From Alphaproteobacteria bacterium (lineage in GTDB: Bacteria; Pseudomonadota; Alphaproteobacteria; GCA-2731375): a DNA stretch of 56,208 nucleotides. A model generated the notes under the pieces. The model did no database searches and was not told where the DNA came from. It was given only the letters and a program-made list of their open reading frames with translations. A program made the position numbers and the translations under genes. The number at the start of each line of letters is the position of its first letter. Positions within the stretch are counted from its first letter, which is position 1. The DNA is taken from NCBI GenBank assembly GCA_041940205.1, contig JBGTSP010000003.1, forward strand, positions 1 to 56,208, in the 5' to 3' direction. Positions 9,705-19,161 of this stretch are shown here, piece by piece.

Positions 9705-9795
9705 GGCTTCTCCCGTTCGTTGCGTTCCTGTCCGGCCATGCTGCCGCAGGCGGGGTGCGGGCCCCCGCCCGTCTCCGGCCGCGCAGCAGCGGACG

Positions 9796-10302
9796 TCAGT
9801 TGCGGGCCCGCTCGATCCTCTCGGCGGGAACAGTGGTCCGGACCTGCCGGCCCAGAAAATCGAGCAGCACGACCACCCTGTCGTTGTCGCTCATGCGTTC
9901 GAACAGTCCGATCTGGCGGGCCAGCGCGCCATGCTCGACGACGACGGCCTCGCCGGGTTGCAGCGGCGCTTCCGGCGCCAGGGCGATCAGCCCTCTCTCG
10001 TCCGTCCGACCCCGCAGTTCGGCGATCACCGCCTCGGGCACCCTTGTCGGGCGGCGTCCGAGGGCGACCAGACTGTCGACGCCGGGCGCGCTGGCAATCC
10101 GCGGCTTCTCGCCGGCTTCCAGATCGGCCTCGACGAACAGATAGCGGGGAAACAGCGGGCGTTCCACCATGTCGACCTTGCGCGCGTGCCGGCGCTTCTT
10201 CAGGTAGAGCGGCAGCAGCACCTCGAAACCGCGTTCCCACAGATTGCTGCGGGCCCACTTCTCCATCGACGCGTTGGTGTAGACGCAATACCAGGCTTTC
10301 AT
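9796..10302 (-). CDS. RfaH/NusG-paralog transcription antiterminator
   Basis: C-terminal part of ORF 9796..10989. WYCVYT, PLFPRYLFV (NGN domain) and KOW-like PGEAVVVEHG...RVVVLLDFLGRQV. Confidence 0.88.
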   Translation of the reverse strand: MKAWYCVYTNASMEKWARSNLWERGFEVLLPLYLKKRRHARKVDMVERPLFPRYLFVEADLEAGEKPRIASAPGVDSLVALGRRPTRVPEAVIAELRGRTDERGLIALAPEAPLQPGEAVVVEHGALARQIGLFERMSDNDRVVVLLDFLGRQVRTTVPAERIERARN

Positions 10303-10961
10303 GGTGCCGCATCTCCGTGTGCAGGGCGGACCGGGTCGGGCGAGACGCCGAGCAGCGGCGGGCAGAGAATCCGCGCCGGCGGGAAGTGCGGCCGCATGCG
10401 CGCGACCATGGTCTCGGGCGATTTCAGTTCGGTGATGAGGACGGCGTCCGCGCCGGTCAGCGCGGAGATCTCGCGAACCATCGGGACATGACGGAAGCGG
10501 TTGCTCTGGGCCTCGGGATCGATCACCCCGACGATCTCGATCTCGTACTGCAGGGCGCAGAGCAGGGCGACCTCGGCCAGTTCGCCGCTGCCGGCCAGCA
10601 CGACGCGACGGCAATTCTCGTCCGCGGCCTGCTCCAGCAGGGCATCCACCTGGTTGCGCGCACGACGGTAGAACCGGAAGGAGCGCGCGAGGTAACTCGC
10701 GGTCAGCCGGCTCTTCTCGCTGAAACCGCGCGGCGTGAGGTAATAGGCGTAGCGGTTGGCCGGCACCTTCTGGACCTTGATCAGGCCCTTGCGGATGCAG
10801 CGCTTGAGATAGGCGTTGGTCAGCCCCAGCGCGATGTTCAGGCCGGCGGCCATGGAGCGCTGCGAAATCGAGGCGTCCGCCTCGACGGCGCGCAGCACGC
10901 CCATGGTGATGCGGTCCTCCGCGTCGCTCGTCTCCTGAACCAGGGAGCCGTCGCTGGCCAT
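10299..10961 (-). CDS. EPS-locus-associated winged-helix (MarR-like) regulator with C-terminal Rossmann-like domain
   Basis: SQRSMAAGLNIALGLTNAYLKRCIRKGLIK, YAYYLTPRGFSEKSRLT and VVLAGSGELAE. Confidence 0.85.
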   Translation of the reverse strand: MASDGSLVQETSDAEDRITMGVLRAVEADASISQRSMAAGLNIALGLTNAYLKRCIRKGLIKVQKVPANRYAYYLTPRGFSEKSRLTASYLARSFRFYRRARNQVDALLEQAADENCRRVVLAGSGELAEVALLCALQYEIEIVGVIDPEAQSNRFRHVPMVREISALTGADAVLITELKSPETMVARMRPHFPPARILCPPLLGVSPDPVRPAHGDAAP

Positions 10962-10981
10962 CGAATTCCGTCCGCCGTTTT

Positions 10982-11023
10982 GCGTTCATCCCGTGAACGC
11001 CGCAGTGTTCATGTCATGAACAC
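10982..11023. promoter_or_regulatory. Two tandem 19-bp inverted repeats (GTTCA-N5-TGAAC), probable operators
   Basis: GCGTTCAtcccgTGAACGC (10982-11000) and GTGTTCATGtCATGAACAC (11005-11023), 21-62 bp upstream of the regulator start. Confidence 0.7.
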
Positions 11024-11222
11024 GAGGTTGACGGCAAGCGGCAATCACCTTCGATCGCGCTCGCATTCCGCTCGGCCGATTGTCTGCGCGGATTGGCGCC
11101 TCGGCGGGATGTTCGTGGAATCAAGACGTTAGTGCGGATCGACGGTTTTCCGCCGGGCCCGGGCCCGCTAGGATTCGCCTCCATGGCGCCGGGCTGTGCG
11201 GCGACCGGACCGGGAGGATGTC

Positions 11223-12503
11223 ATGCAGCATGCATCAGCGATTCGCGATGCCGTCGATGCCCTGTTCGACGACGAGGTGGCGTTTCTCGCCGATCTTGTC
11301 CGGCTGCCGTCGCTGCGCGGCCAGGAGGCCACGGCCCAGGATTTCATGGCCGCGGCCTTTGCCGAACGCGGCTACGGCGTCGACCGATGGCGCATCGATA
11401 TCGACGACATCGCCCATCTGCCGGGTTTCTCGCCGGTCCTCCACACCAGCTACGACAACGCCTTCAACGTCGTGGCGACGCATCGCCCGCAGGCCGTGCG
11501 GGGCCGTTCGCTCATTCTCAACGGCCATATCGACGTGGTCCCGGTCGGCCCGCTCGACATGTGGACGACGCCGCCGTTCGAGCCGCGCATCGCGGACGGC
11601 TGGATGTACGGCCGCGGTTCGGGCGACATGAAGGCCGGCCTCGTCGCCAACCTGTACGCACTGGATGCGCTCAGGCGCTGCGGTTTCCAGCCCGCGGCGG
11701 AAGTCTACATGCAGTCCGTGGTCGAGGAGGAATGCACCGGCAACGGGGCGCTCGCCTGCCTGCAGCGCGGATACCGCGCGGAGGCGGCGCTGATCTCCGA
11801 GCCGACGGCGAGCCGGCTTTCCGTGGCTCAGGTCGGGGTGATCTGGATGCAGCTCACCGTCCGCGGCACGCCCGCGCACGCGGCCTATGCGAGCGAGGGC
11901 TTCAACGCGATCGAGGCGATCTGGCCGATCACGAAGGCGCTGCACGAGCTGGAAGCGGCCTGGAACGCCGAACGGCCGCAGGTCTATGTCGATCACGGGG
12001 TCGATCATCCGCTGAACTTCGTGGTCAGCGGGATCGAGGGCGGCGACTGGACCTCCAGCGTGCCCGCCTGGTGCACCATCAACATCCGCATCGGCATCTA
12101 TCCCGACACCGATGTCGAGGAGAAGCGGGCCGAGGTCGAGCGGGTGATCTCCATGGCCGCGCGGGACAATCCGCAACTCTCGAACAATCCGCCGCAGATC
12201 GTCTATCACGGCTTCCTGGCGCCGGGTTACACGCTGCCCCGCGGGACGGCGCAGGAGGAAACGCTGGCTCAGGCGCATCGGGCCGTGCATGGCGCCGAGC
12301 TGCCGACGGCCGCCTTCACGGCGCTGACCGACGCCCGCTTCTTCGGCCTCTACCAGGACACGCCGGCGCTGGTCTACGGCCCCTATGCCGAGTTCATCCA
12401 CGGTTTCGATGAACGCGTGGAGCTGGAATCGCTGCGCCAGGTCACCCAGACCATCGCCCTGTTCATTGCCGAATGGTGCGGCCTGGAAGCACTGCCGGAC
12501 TGA
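11223..12503 (+). CDS. ArgE/DapE family deacylase (M20)
   Basis: LNGHIDVVP, GRGSGDMKAG, EEECTGNG and IHGFDE. GGAGG RBS before ATG 11223. Confidence 0.9.
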   Translation: MQHASAIRDAVDALFDDEVAFLADLVRLPSLRGQEATAQDFMAAAFAERGYGVDRWRIDIDDIAHLPGFSPVLHTSYDNAFNVVATHRPQAVRGRSLILNGHIDVVPVGPLDMWTTPPFEPRIADGWMYGRGSGDMKAGLVANLYALDALRRCGFQPAAEVYMQSVVEEECTGNGALACLQRGYRAEAALISEPTASRLSVAQVGVIWMQLTVRGTPAHAAYASEGFNAIEAIWPITKALHELEAAWNAERPQVYVDHGVDHPLNFVVSGIEGGDWTSSVPAWCTINIRIGIYPDTDVEEKRAEVERVISMAARDNPQLSNNPPQIVYHGFLAPGYTLPRGTAQEETLAQAHRAVHGAELPTAAFTALTDARFFGLYQDTPALVYGPYAEFIHGFDERVELESLRQVTQTIALFIAEWCGLEALPD

Positions 12504-12548
12504 AGGCCGAAGACCCGGCCGGCGCCGCGCCGGTCGCGCAAAAGCCGT

Positions 12549-13889
12549 TCAGCGGTTTTCCTGCAGGAAGCGCATGCGTTCCTCGAAACGGGCCAGCGCG
12601 CGATTGGTCTGGACCTGCCGGGCGGCCCGTTCGCGGTAGAGCTGCTGCAGCTGCTCGCGCCGTTCCCGGGTCCGGGTGATCCGCTGCTCGCGTTCGTTCG
12701 CCGCGATCTCCTGCTTCTCGGCCTCCCGCTTCAGCCGGTCGAAGCGCTTGCGCCAGGTCGAGGCGAGACGCTCGCCCAGCTTGACCTCGGTCTTCGACAT
12801 CTCGTTGGCGAGCGATTTCTGCGCCGCCTTGGCCGACGCCAGTTCCTGCCAGGCCGCGAGCGTGAGCCACTTGTAGGCAACCAGCTTGTTGCGCTTCACC
12901 CCCATGCCGCGGGCGTACATCACGCCGAGCTGGTACTGCGAATCCGGATGGCCCTTCTCGGCCGCCAGGTTGAAGAACTTGCGGGCGATCTCGTAGTCGC
13001 GCGTCGCCCCGTCATGGTTGGTCAGGTGCAGCGCCGCATACTCGTACTGCGCCTCGAAATAGCCGCCCTCGGCCGCCTTGCGCAGCCAGTCGCGCAGCTT
13101 CGTCTTGTCCTGCGATACCCCGGTGCCGGCGCGGTACAGGCCGGCGAGCCGGTGCATCGCGATCAGGTCGCCGCCCTTGGCCAGGCGCTCGTATTCCGCG
13201 GCGGCCAGCCGGAACCACTTGGCGGCCTGGGCCGGATCTTTCGGCACGCCCCAGCCTTCCTCGTAGATCTTGCCCAGGGTGAGGATCGAGGACAGCTTGC
13301 CGCTCTCGGCGACATCCTGGTTGACCGGCGCGGCCTTGCCGAACCAGAAATTCGCCTTGTCGTTGTCGGGCGCGACGCCGATGCCGTTCTTGTAGGCGAT
13401 CCCGACCTCGAACATGGCGCGCGGCTGTTCCAGTTCGGCCGCCTTGAGATAGTTGGTGAAGGCCTTCTCGTTGTCGCGCTCGGTGCCGCGCCCGGCGGAC
13501 TGCATCGAGGCGATCATGAAATAGCCGTCGCGATGGGGTTCGATCTCGACCGTCCGGGTGTACCAGTAGAAGGCCTCGACATGGTTCTGGCGCACGCCGA
13601 TACCGCTGAAATAGGCCTCGCCGAGCCGGTAGGCGGCGATCGACTCGCCCTCCTCCGCGGCCTCCTTCAGCAGCGCGATGCCGCGCTCGACATCCTGTGC
13701 GATGCCGCGGCCGCGCAGCAGCATCTCGCCCAGCCGGGCCTTTGCGCCGGCATCGCCCTCGTCGATGCGCTGCTGCAGCTCCTCTTCGCTCGGCCCCGCC
13801 GCGCTTTCCTGCGCCGCCGCGGGTGCGCCGAGCAGCGAGGCCAGCAGGAGGGCGAGCAGGCAGAGACGACCGTGTGCCAGCATGGTCAT
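12549..13889 (-). CDS. Secreted Sel1-like repeat protein with C-terminal coiled coil
   Basis: Signal peptide (LCLLALLLASLLGAPAAAQ), about 8 repeats of A...LG..Y..G.GV..D...A..W...AA, and a charged helical tail. Confidence 0.88.
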   Translation of the reverse strand: MTMLAHGRLCLLALLLASLLGAPAAAQESAAGPSEEELQQRIDEGDAGAKARLGEMLLRGRGIAQDVERGIALLKEAAEEGESIAAYRLGEAYFSGIGVRQNHVEAFYWYTRTVEIEPHRDGYFMIASMQSAGRGTERDNEKAFTNYLKAAELEQPRAMFEVGIAYKNGIGVAPDNDKANFWFGKAAPVNQDVAESGKLSSILTLGKIYEEGWGVPKDPAQAAKWFRLAAAEYERLAKGGDLIAMHRLAGLYRAGTGVSQDKTKLRDWLRKAAEGGYFEAQYEYAALHLTNHDGATRDYEIARKFFNLAAEKGHPDSQYQLGVMYARGMGVKRNKLVAYKWLTLAAWQELASAKAAQKSLANEMSKTEVKLGERLASTWRKRFDRLKREAEKQEIAANEREQRITRTRERREQLQQLYRERAARQVQTNRALARFEERMRFLQENR

Positions 13890-13934
13890 GGTCTCTGAAA
13901 GATAGGCCGTCGGGGCGTCATCGCAAACCACCGC

Positions 13935-15359
13935 CTATTGCTTGAGGGCGTTGTCCAGGGTCGTGAAGATGCGGTCGGTCAGGAAGGCCATGATGGTCTT
14001 CTCGCCGGTCTTGAACTCCACGTCCGCCACCATGCCGGCAATGATCGGCTTGTCGTCCGGATTGTTGCCCAGGTGCGCCTTGTCGGTCTTGACCACGACC
14101 CGGTAGGTGACGGCGCCGGTTCTCTCGTCCACGTCGGCATCGTCGGCGAGGGACTCGATCACGCCGTTCAGCTCGCCATACTTGATGAAATCGTAGGCGC
14201 GGATCTTCACCTTGGCTTCCTGGCCCAGATACAGGTCGCCGATGTCGGACTCCGCGACCTTGGTCTCGATGTGCAGCTTGTCGCCGATGGGCACGATGTT
14301 CATCACCGGCTCTCCCGGCCGGACGGCCTGGCCGACATTGGCGATCGCCAGGCGCTGCACGCGTCCCTGCCGGCCGTCGAGGTCCGGCACCAGAATGTTC
14401 ATCGAATCGATCCGCTCCTCCAGGGCGTTGGCCTGGGAGGCGATGCTGTCGCGCTCGGCCCGCCGCGCGGTCAGGTCGAGCAGGCGGTTGGAACTGCCTT
14501 CGTTGATCACCGCCTCGAGCTGGTTCTCCGCCTCGTCGCGACGGGCCCGCGCCGCGCGCAGGTTGGCCTGGTTGGCCTCGATCTCGCCCTTCAGGTCGTT
14601 GACCTGGCGCTTGACCGAGAGAAAGCGCAGCTTCGGAAAATACTCCTTGTCGACCAGGGTCTGGATGGCGTCGAGCTGTTCCTGCAGGGTTTCCAGGCCG
14701 GAGGCCTGGTAGCGCAGGGTCGCCTGCAGGCCGACAACCTGGCTCTGCGCCTCCTCCAGCGATTTCTCCGCCACCCGCCGCTGCGCGGCAAGCGCATCGC
14801 GCCGGGCGTAGAACAGCTGCAGCTGGGTCTGCATGTGCTGCGGCGCGATGCCCGGCGGGAAGTCGATCGTATCCTGGCCGCTGACCTCGGCTTCCAGCCG
14901 GGCGACCTCGGCGGCCAGACTCTGGTACTGGCCGCGCAGGCCCTGCAGTTCCTTCTCCAGCTGCGCCGAATCCAGTTCCAGGATCAGATCGCCGGTCTCG
15001 ACCCGGCTGCCCTCGCGCACGTGCAGCTGCTCGACCCGCCCGCCTTCGGGATGATTGATCACCTTGACCCGGCCGACCGGACGGACCTGGCCCTCCGCCA
15101 GCACCGCCTGTTCGACATGCGCGAACGAGGCCCAGGCGACGAACAGCAGGAAGAAGAAACAGACGACGACGATCAGCAGGGTCGCGATCGGCGAATGCCG
15201 GCGCGCCACCACCGCCTGCGAGTCCGGCAGGAAGTCGACATAGCTGGTCTGCACCTTCGACAACATGCCGCCGCCATGGCCCTGCGGGGCCGGCAGGTTG
15301 CGGCCCGTCGGCCGGGCCGGCGGCGCCGGCGGCCCCCGGTCGTCCGCGCGCATGCTCAT
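13935..15359 (-). CDS. HlyD family type I secretion membrane-fusion protein (LapC-like)
   Basis: N-terminal TM, AEGQVRP...GGRVEQLHVREG, coiled coil, AYDFIKYGELNG and GMVADVEFKTGEKT. Confidence 0.92.
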   Translation of the reverse strand: MSMRADDRGPPAPPARPTGRNLPAPQGHGGGMLSKVQTSYVDFLPDSQAVVARRHSPIATLLIVVVCFFFLLFVAWASFAHVEQAVLAEGQVRPVGRVKVINHPEGGRVEQLHVREGSRVETGDLILELDSAQLEKELQGLRGQYQSLAAEVARLEAEVSGQDTIDFPPGIAPQHMQTQLQLFYARRDALAAQRRVAEKSLEEAQSQVVGLQATLRYQASGLETLQEQLDAIQTLVDKEYFPKLRFLSVKRQVNDLKGEIEANQANLRAARARRDEAENQLEAVINEGSSNRLLDLTARRAERDSIASQANALEERIDSMNILVPDLDGRQGRVQRLAIANVGQAVRPGEPVMNIVPIGDKLHIETKVAESDIGDLYLGQEAKVKIRAYDFIKYGELNGVIESLADDADVDERTGAVTYRVVVKTDKAHLGNNPDDKPIIAGMVADVEFKTGEKTIMAFLTDRIFTTLDNALKQ

Positions 15360-18262
15360 GCCTGCTGTGCCTCCCGGGCGTTCTCGGCCATGCGCGTGCG
15401 GGCGAAGGCGATGATCTCGCGCGGCGGCCCGATGCGTTCGAGCTGACCGCCGATCACCAGGCCCACCTTGTCGGCGATGCTGACCGGTCCCATGCGATGG
15501 GAGATGACGATGATCGTGCGCCCGCGCGAGGCCCGGCGCAGGTTCTTCATGAAACGCTCCTCGGTCACCGGGTCGAGCGCGCTGGTCGCCTCGTCCAGCA
15601 CCAGGATGCGGGGATTGCGGATCAGCGCCCGGGCGATCGACAGCAGCTGGCGCTGGCCGGCGGACAGGCCGCCGCCGCGCTCGGTCAGGTTGGTGTCGTA
15701 GCCCTTCGGCAGATGCTGGATGAAGTCATGCGCGCCGACGAACTTCGAGACCGCGACGATGCGGGCGGGGTCCTTGTCGGCGACGCCCATCGAGATGTTC
15801 TCGCGCACCGTGCCGGCGAACAGCTGCACCTCCTGCGGCACCACGCCGATCTGCCGGCGCAGCGCGGCCGGCGAGATGTGCTGGATGTCCGTGCCGTCGA
15901 TCAGGACCCGGCCGGAGTCCGGCTCGTACAGGCCCTGCAGCAGCTTGGCGAGCGTGCTCTTGCCGCTGCCGGAAGGGCCGATGATGCCCAGCATCTCGCC
16001 GGTATTGACCTCGAAGCTGACCTCCTCGATCACCGGCGGGATGTCCTCGGCGTAGCGGAAGGTGACTTCCTCGAAGGCGATGTCGCCCTTCAGGGCCATG
16101 CCGGCGCCCAGTTCGCCGGGGCCGGCCTCGGTCGGCTCCGACATGATGTCGTTGATCCGGCTGAAGGCGGCCCGCACTTCCTGCACCTGGTGCCAGGCGG
16201 AGACCACCTGGCGCATCGGCGCCAGCGCCCGCGTGGCCAGGATGTTGGCGGCGATGAGCGCGCCGATCGACATCTCCTCGGCGATGATCTGGCGGGCGCC
16301 GAAGACGATGATCAGCAGCCCGATCGCCTGCTGCAGCACCTGGCTGGCGACGGCGATGGCATTGGCCAGGTTGCCGGCGCGGTAGCCGGTCCAGGCCGAA
16401 AGCCCCAGGCGCTGTTCCCAGCGGCGTTCGACATCGGCCTCCAGCGCCAGGCTCTTCACCGTCAGGGCGTTGTGCACGACCTCCGACAGCGCGCTGGTCT
16501 TGGCCGCCTGCCCGAGGAAGTTCTCTTCCGTCAGCTTCTTCTGGGTGGCGTGGAAGGAGGCCGAGAGGATCACGAAGATCGGCATCGCCCCCAGCACGAT
16601 GAAGCCGATCACCGGCGACATGAAGAACAGCACCGTCAGGAAGACGAAGACGAACAGCAGATCGACCAGGGTCATCGGCATCTGGCCGGTGAAGAAGGCG
16701 CGGATGGTATCCATCTGCCGCAGGCGCTCGGCGATCATGCCGGTCGGCGTGCTTTCGAAATGCTTGTAGGGCAGGCGCAGCAGGTGATGCATCACCTCGG
16801 CGCCGATCAGCGCCTCCATGCGGGCGCCGGTATGGGTCGAGATGTAGCCCCGCAGGATCCGCAGCAGCAGGTCGAAGGCGTAGACCGTGCCCATGCCGAG
16901 GGCGAGGATCGTCAGGGTGTCCAGCGCCTTCTGGCCGACGATCTTGTTGTAGACCGTCATGATGAACAGCGGCGCCGCGAGCGCGAACAGGTTGATCACG
17001 AAACTGGCGAGCAGCAGCTCCATGACCACGCCGCGCATCCGGCTCCACAGCATGCTGCGCCAGTCGTGCTCGCGGGCCTCGAACTCGTTCTCGGGCTTGA
17101 TCAGGATCGCCGCGTCGAAGGCGTCCGCCAGTTCCTCCGGTCCCAGCAGCGAGACCTCGCCGCTCAGCGGATCGAAGGTGACCACGGCATCGCCGTCGCG
17201 CGAAAGCACCGAGACGCAGCGGCCGCTGGCGCGGTCGTGGGCGAGGAAGGGCGGCGGCAGGTCGCCGGCGGTTTCGTGGTCGATCTCGGCGTCGCCGGTC
17301 TTGTAGCCCATGCGCTGGGCGGCGCGGCGGAACTCCTGCAGGCTCATGCCGTCCACGCCGATCGGCACCGCGAGCCGGATGTCCGCCTCGCTGACCGGGC
17401 GGGCGAAATGCTGGGTGAAGCGCAGCAGGCTGGCCAGCAGCGGATCCACGCGCTGCGCCTGGGGGGCCGCCTGCGGCTTTGCCGCGGTCGTCTCCCGATC
17501 GGGCGGTTCCGCCCCGGCACGGCCCGCCCCGGTCTCCCGCGCGGCCGGCATGGCGGCCGCGTCGGCGGCGGCCGCGCTCTCCCGTGTCGCGGCGTCGCGT
17601 TCGGCGGCTTCACGGTCGGCCGCCGCCCGCAGCGTGGCTTCGCGTCGTGCGGCTTCCTCTTCCATCGCGCCCCGGTCGGGCGGATGGCGCTCTGCGGCGG
17701 CGGGTTCGGCGTCCGCGATCCGGCCGCCGCGGTCGATCCCGACCACCGGCTCGTCCGCCCGTTCGGCCGCGTGTCCGGATTCCCCGGGCATCGGAGCCGG
17801 CCGCCGGCGCTGACGGCGCGGCCGGTCCTCGAGCCGCGCCTCGGCCAGTTGCGGGATCTCCTCCGGTTCCGCCGCCCGGGGCGGCGGATCGGCGGGCGCC
17901 CGGCGGCGCGGGCGGGCCGGCTCGACCGCCGACGCGTCGAGATCCTCGATATCGTCGCCGCGCGGTTCCGGCCGCCGGGATCGTTCGGCATGCGGCGGGG
18001 CGTGGTCCGCCGGTCCCTCGTCCGGCCGGCGCCGCCGGCGCGGGCGGTCCGCGGGCCGGTCGTCGTCGGTTCCGCGCTCGCGGCGCGGCGGGCGCTCGCG
18101 CATCTCCGCCGCCCGGTCGTCGCCCGCCGGTGCGCGGCCTCGCGCCTCCGCTCGCGCGGGCGCGTCGTCCTCGGGTTCTTCTCCGGCCTCGGCCCGGTTC
18201 AGGGCCTCCATCACCATCGCCCGCCACGAGCCGGGCGGCGGCGCGCCGCTGTCCTGGCTCAT
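15356..18262 (-). CDS. Type I secretion ABC permease/ATPase with C39-like domain (LapB/HlyB-like) and long low-complexity N-terminus
   Basis: DPLLASL domain start, INLFALAAPLFIMTVYNK, GPSGSGKST, LSAGQRQ and LDEATSALD. Confidence 0.92.
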   Translation of the reverse strand: MSQDSGAPPPGSWRAMVMEALNRAEAGEEPEDDAPARAEARGRAPAGDDRAAEMRERPPRRERGTDDDRPADRPRRRRRPDEGPADHAPPHAERSRRPEPRGDDIEDLDASAVEPARPRRRAPADPPPRAAEPEEIPQLAEARLEDRPRRQRRRPAPMPGESGHAAERADEPVVGIDRGGRIADAEPAAAERHPPDRGAMEEEAARREATLRAAADREAAERDAATRESAAAADAAAMPAARETGAGRAGAEPPDRETTAAKPQAAPQAQRVDPLLASLLRFTQHFARPVSEADIRLAVPIGVDGMSLQEFRRAAQRMGYKTGDAEIDHETAGDLPPPFLAHDRASGRCVSVLSRDGDAVVTFDPLSGEVSLLGPEELADAFDAAILIKPENEFEAREHDWRSMLWSRMRGVVMELLLASFVINLFALAAPLFIMTVYNKIVGQKALDTLTILALGMGTVYAFDLLLRILRGYISTHTGARMEALIGAEVMHHLLRLPYKHFESTPTGMIAERLRQMDTIRAFFTGQMPMTLVDLLFVFVFLTVLFFMSPVIGFIVLGAMPIFVILSASFHATQKKLTEENFLGQAAKTSALSEVVHNALTVKSLALEADVERRWEQRLGLSAWTGYRAGNLANAIAVASQVLQQAIGLLIIVFGARQIIAEEMSIGALIAANILATRALAPMRQVVSAWHQVQEVRAAFSRINDIMSEPTEAGPGELGAGMALKGDIAFEEVTFRYAEDIPPVIEEVSFEVNTGEMLGIIGPSGSGKSTLAKLLQGLYEPDSGRVLIDGTDIQHISPAALRRQIGVVPQEVQLFAGTVRENISMGVADKDPARIVAVSKFVGAHDFIQHLPKGYDTNLTERGGGLSAGQRQLLSIARALIRNPRILVLDEATSALDPVTEERFMKNLRRASRGRTIIVISHRMGPVSIADKVGLVIGGQLERIGPPREIIAFARTRMAENAREAQQA

Positions 18263-18293
18263 GGGATCCGCTCCGATGTCCGCCGGCGCATCT

Positions 18294-19079
18294 TCACTCC
18301 GCCTGCTTCCGGACCAGCAGGGTTTCCGGCCGGCGCTCGCGCGCGGTCGAGAACAGCGAGAAGGTGCGGTTGACGTAGTTGGTGACCCCGGCCATGCCCT
18401 CCATGTAGTCCTTCAGCGCGTCGGTGAGCTCCGCTTCCACCATGCGGACCTGGCGGCCGGGATCCTCGGTCTCGAAGCGCACGTAGAACCAGGGCTCGCC
18501 CCGGCGCAGAACGATGTCCTGGTCCGGCTTATGCCACTCGAAGGCCCACATCATCTGCCGCGGCCAGACATCGATCGGCAGGCGGCCGCAGATCAGCACC
18601 CCCGGCAGGGCCGGATCGCGGAAATGCAGGAACGGCGGCACCTGGCTCATGACCACCGGTTCGTCGGCGATGAAGGTGTAGGGCGTCACGATCTGGATCA
18701 CCGGCCGGTCGGGATGGCGCCACTCGTTGCGGGACGACACCGACACCATCTGCCGCAGGTGCTTGTTGCGGATGTTGCTGCGCTGGCCCGCCGCGTTGAT
18801 CAGCTGCGGCTGGCCGTTGTCGTCGAAGCGGAAGCGCAGGTGCAGGTCGATCGGGCACGGCACGACGAAGGTGCGCGCCTCGAAGTCCAGCACCGCCGGG
18901 CACATCTGCACCGCCTTGTTCGACGTCGGCGCGGCCTCGCGCCGCGCGAACTGTTTCGGCGCGTCCCAGATGAAGCCCGCCTTGTCGGTCGCCAGCAGCC
19001 AGCCGACCTCGACCACGCGCTTGCGCGCCGGCTTCGGCCGGGCCTGGCCGTCGAGGGAATCGATCCAGTCCTTCAGCAT
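18294..19079 (-). CDS. Hypothetical protein (possibly DUF6065/dUTPase-like fold)
   Basis: Coding-like ORF with CPAVLD, PCPIDL, G.LPIDVWPR and LRRGEPWFYV. The family guess is by eye only. Confidence 0.65.
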   Translation of the reverse strand: MLKDWIDSLDGQARPKPARKRVVEVGWLLATDKAGFIWDAPKQFARREAAPTSNKAVQMCPAVLDFEARTFVVPCPIDLHLRFRFDDNGQPQLINAAGQRSNIRNKHLRQMVSVSSRNEWRHPDRPVIQIVTPYTFIADEPVVMSQVPPFLHFRDPALPGVLICGRLPIDVWPRQMMWAFEWHKPDQDIVLRRGEPWFYVRFETEDPGRQVRMVEAELTDALKDYMEGMAGVTNYVNRTFSLFSTARERRPETLLVRKQAE

Positions 19080-19161
19080 CGCGAAATCCTGCAATCAAAA
19101 CTGATGCCAAACCGCGCCGGGCCCGGCGTGCGGTAGCGCGACAGTATTGTCACAACCGGAA

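Noticed and set aside
2612-10989. Apparent fusions or long N-extensions in the ORF track (2612..5206, 3604..5607, 6089..7765, 7258..8562, 9796..10989)
   Set aside because: The extensions overlap upstream genes in another frame. The true starts sit at ATGA/GTGA overlaps.
19129-19140. ops-like TGCGGTAGCGCG
   Set aside because: It lies on the plus strand while both flanking genes are on the minus strand; ops must be on the non-template strand.
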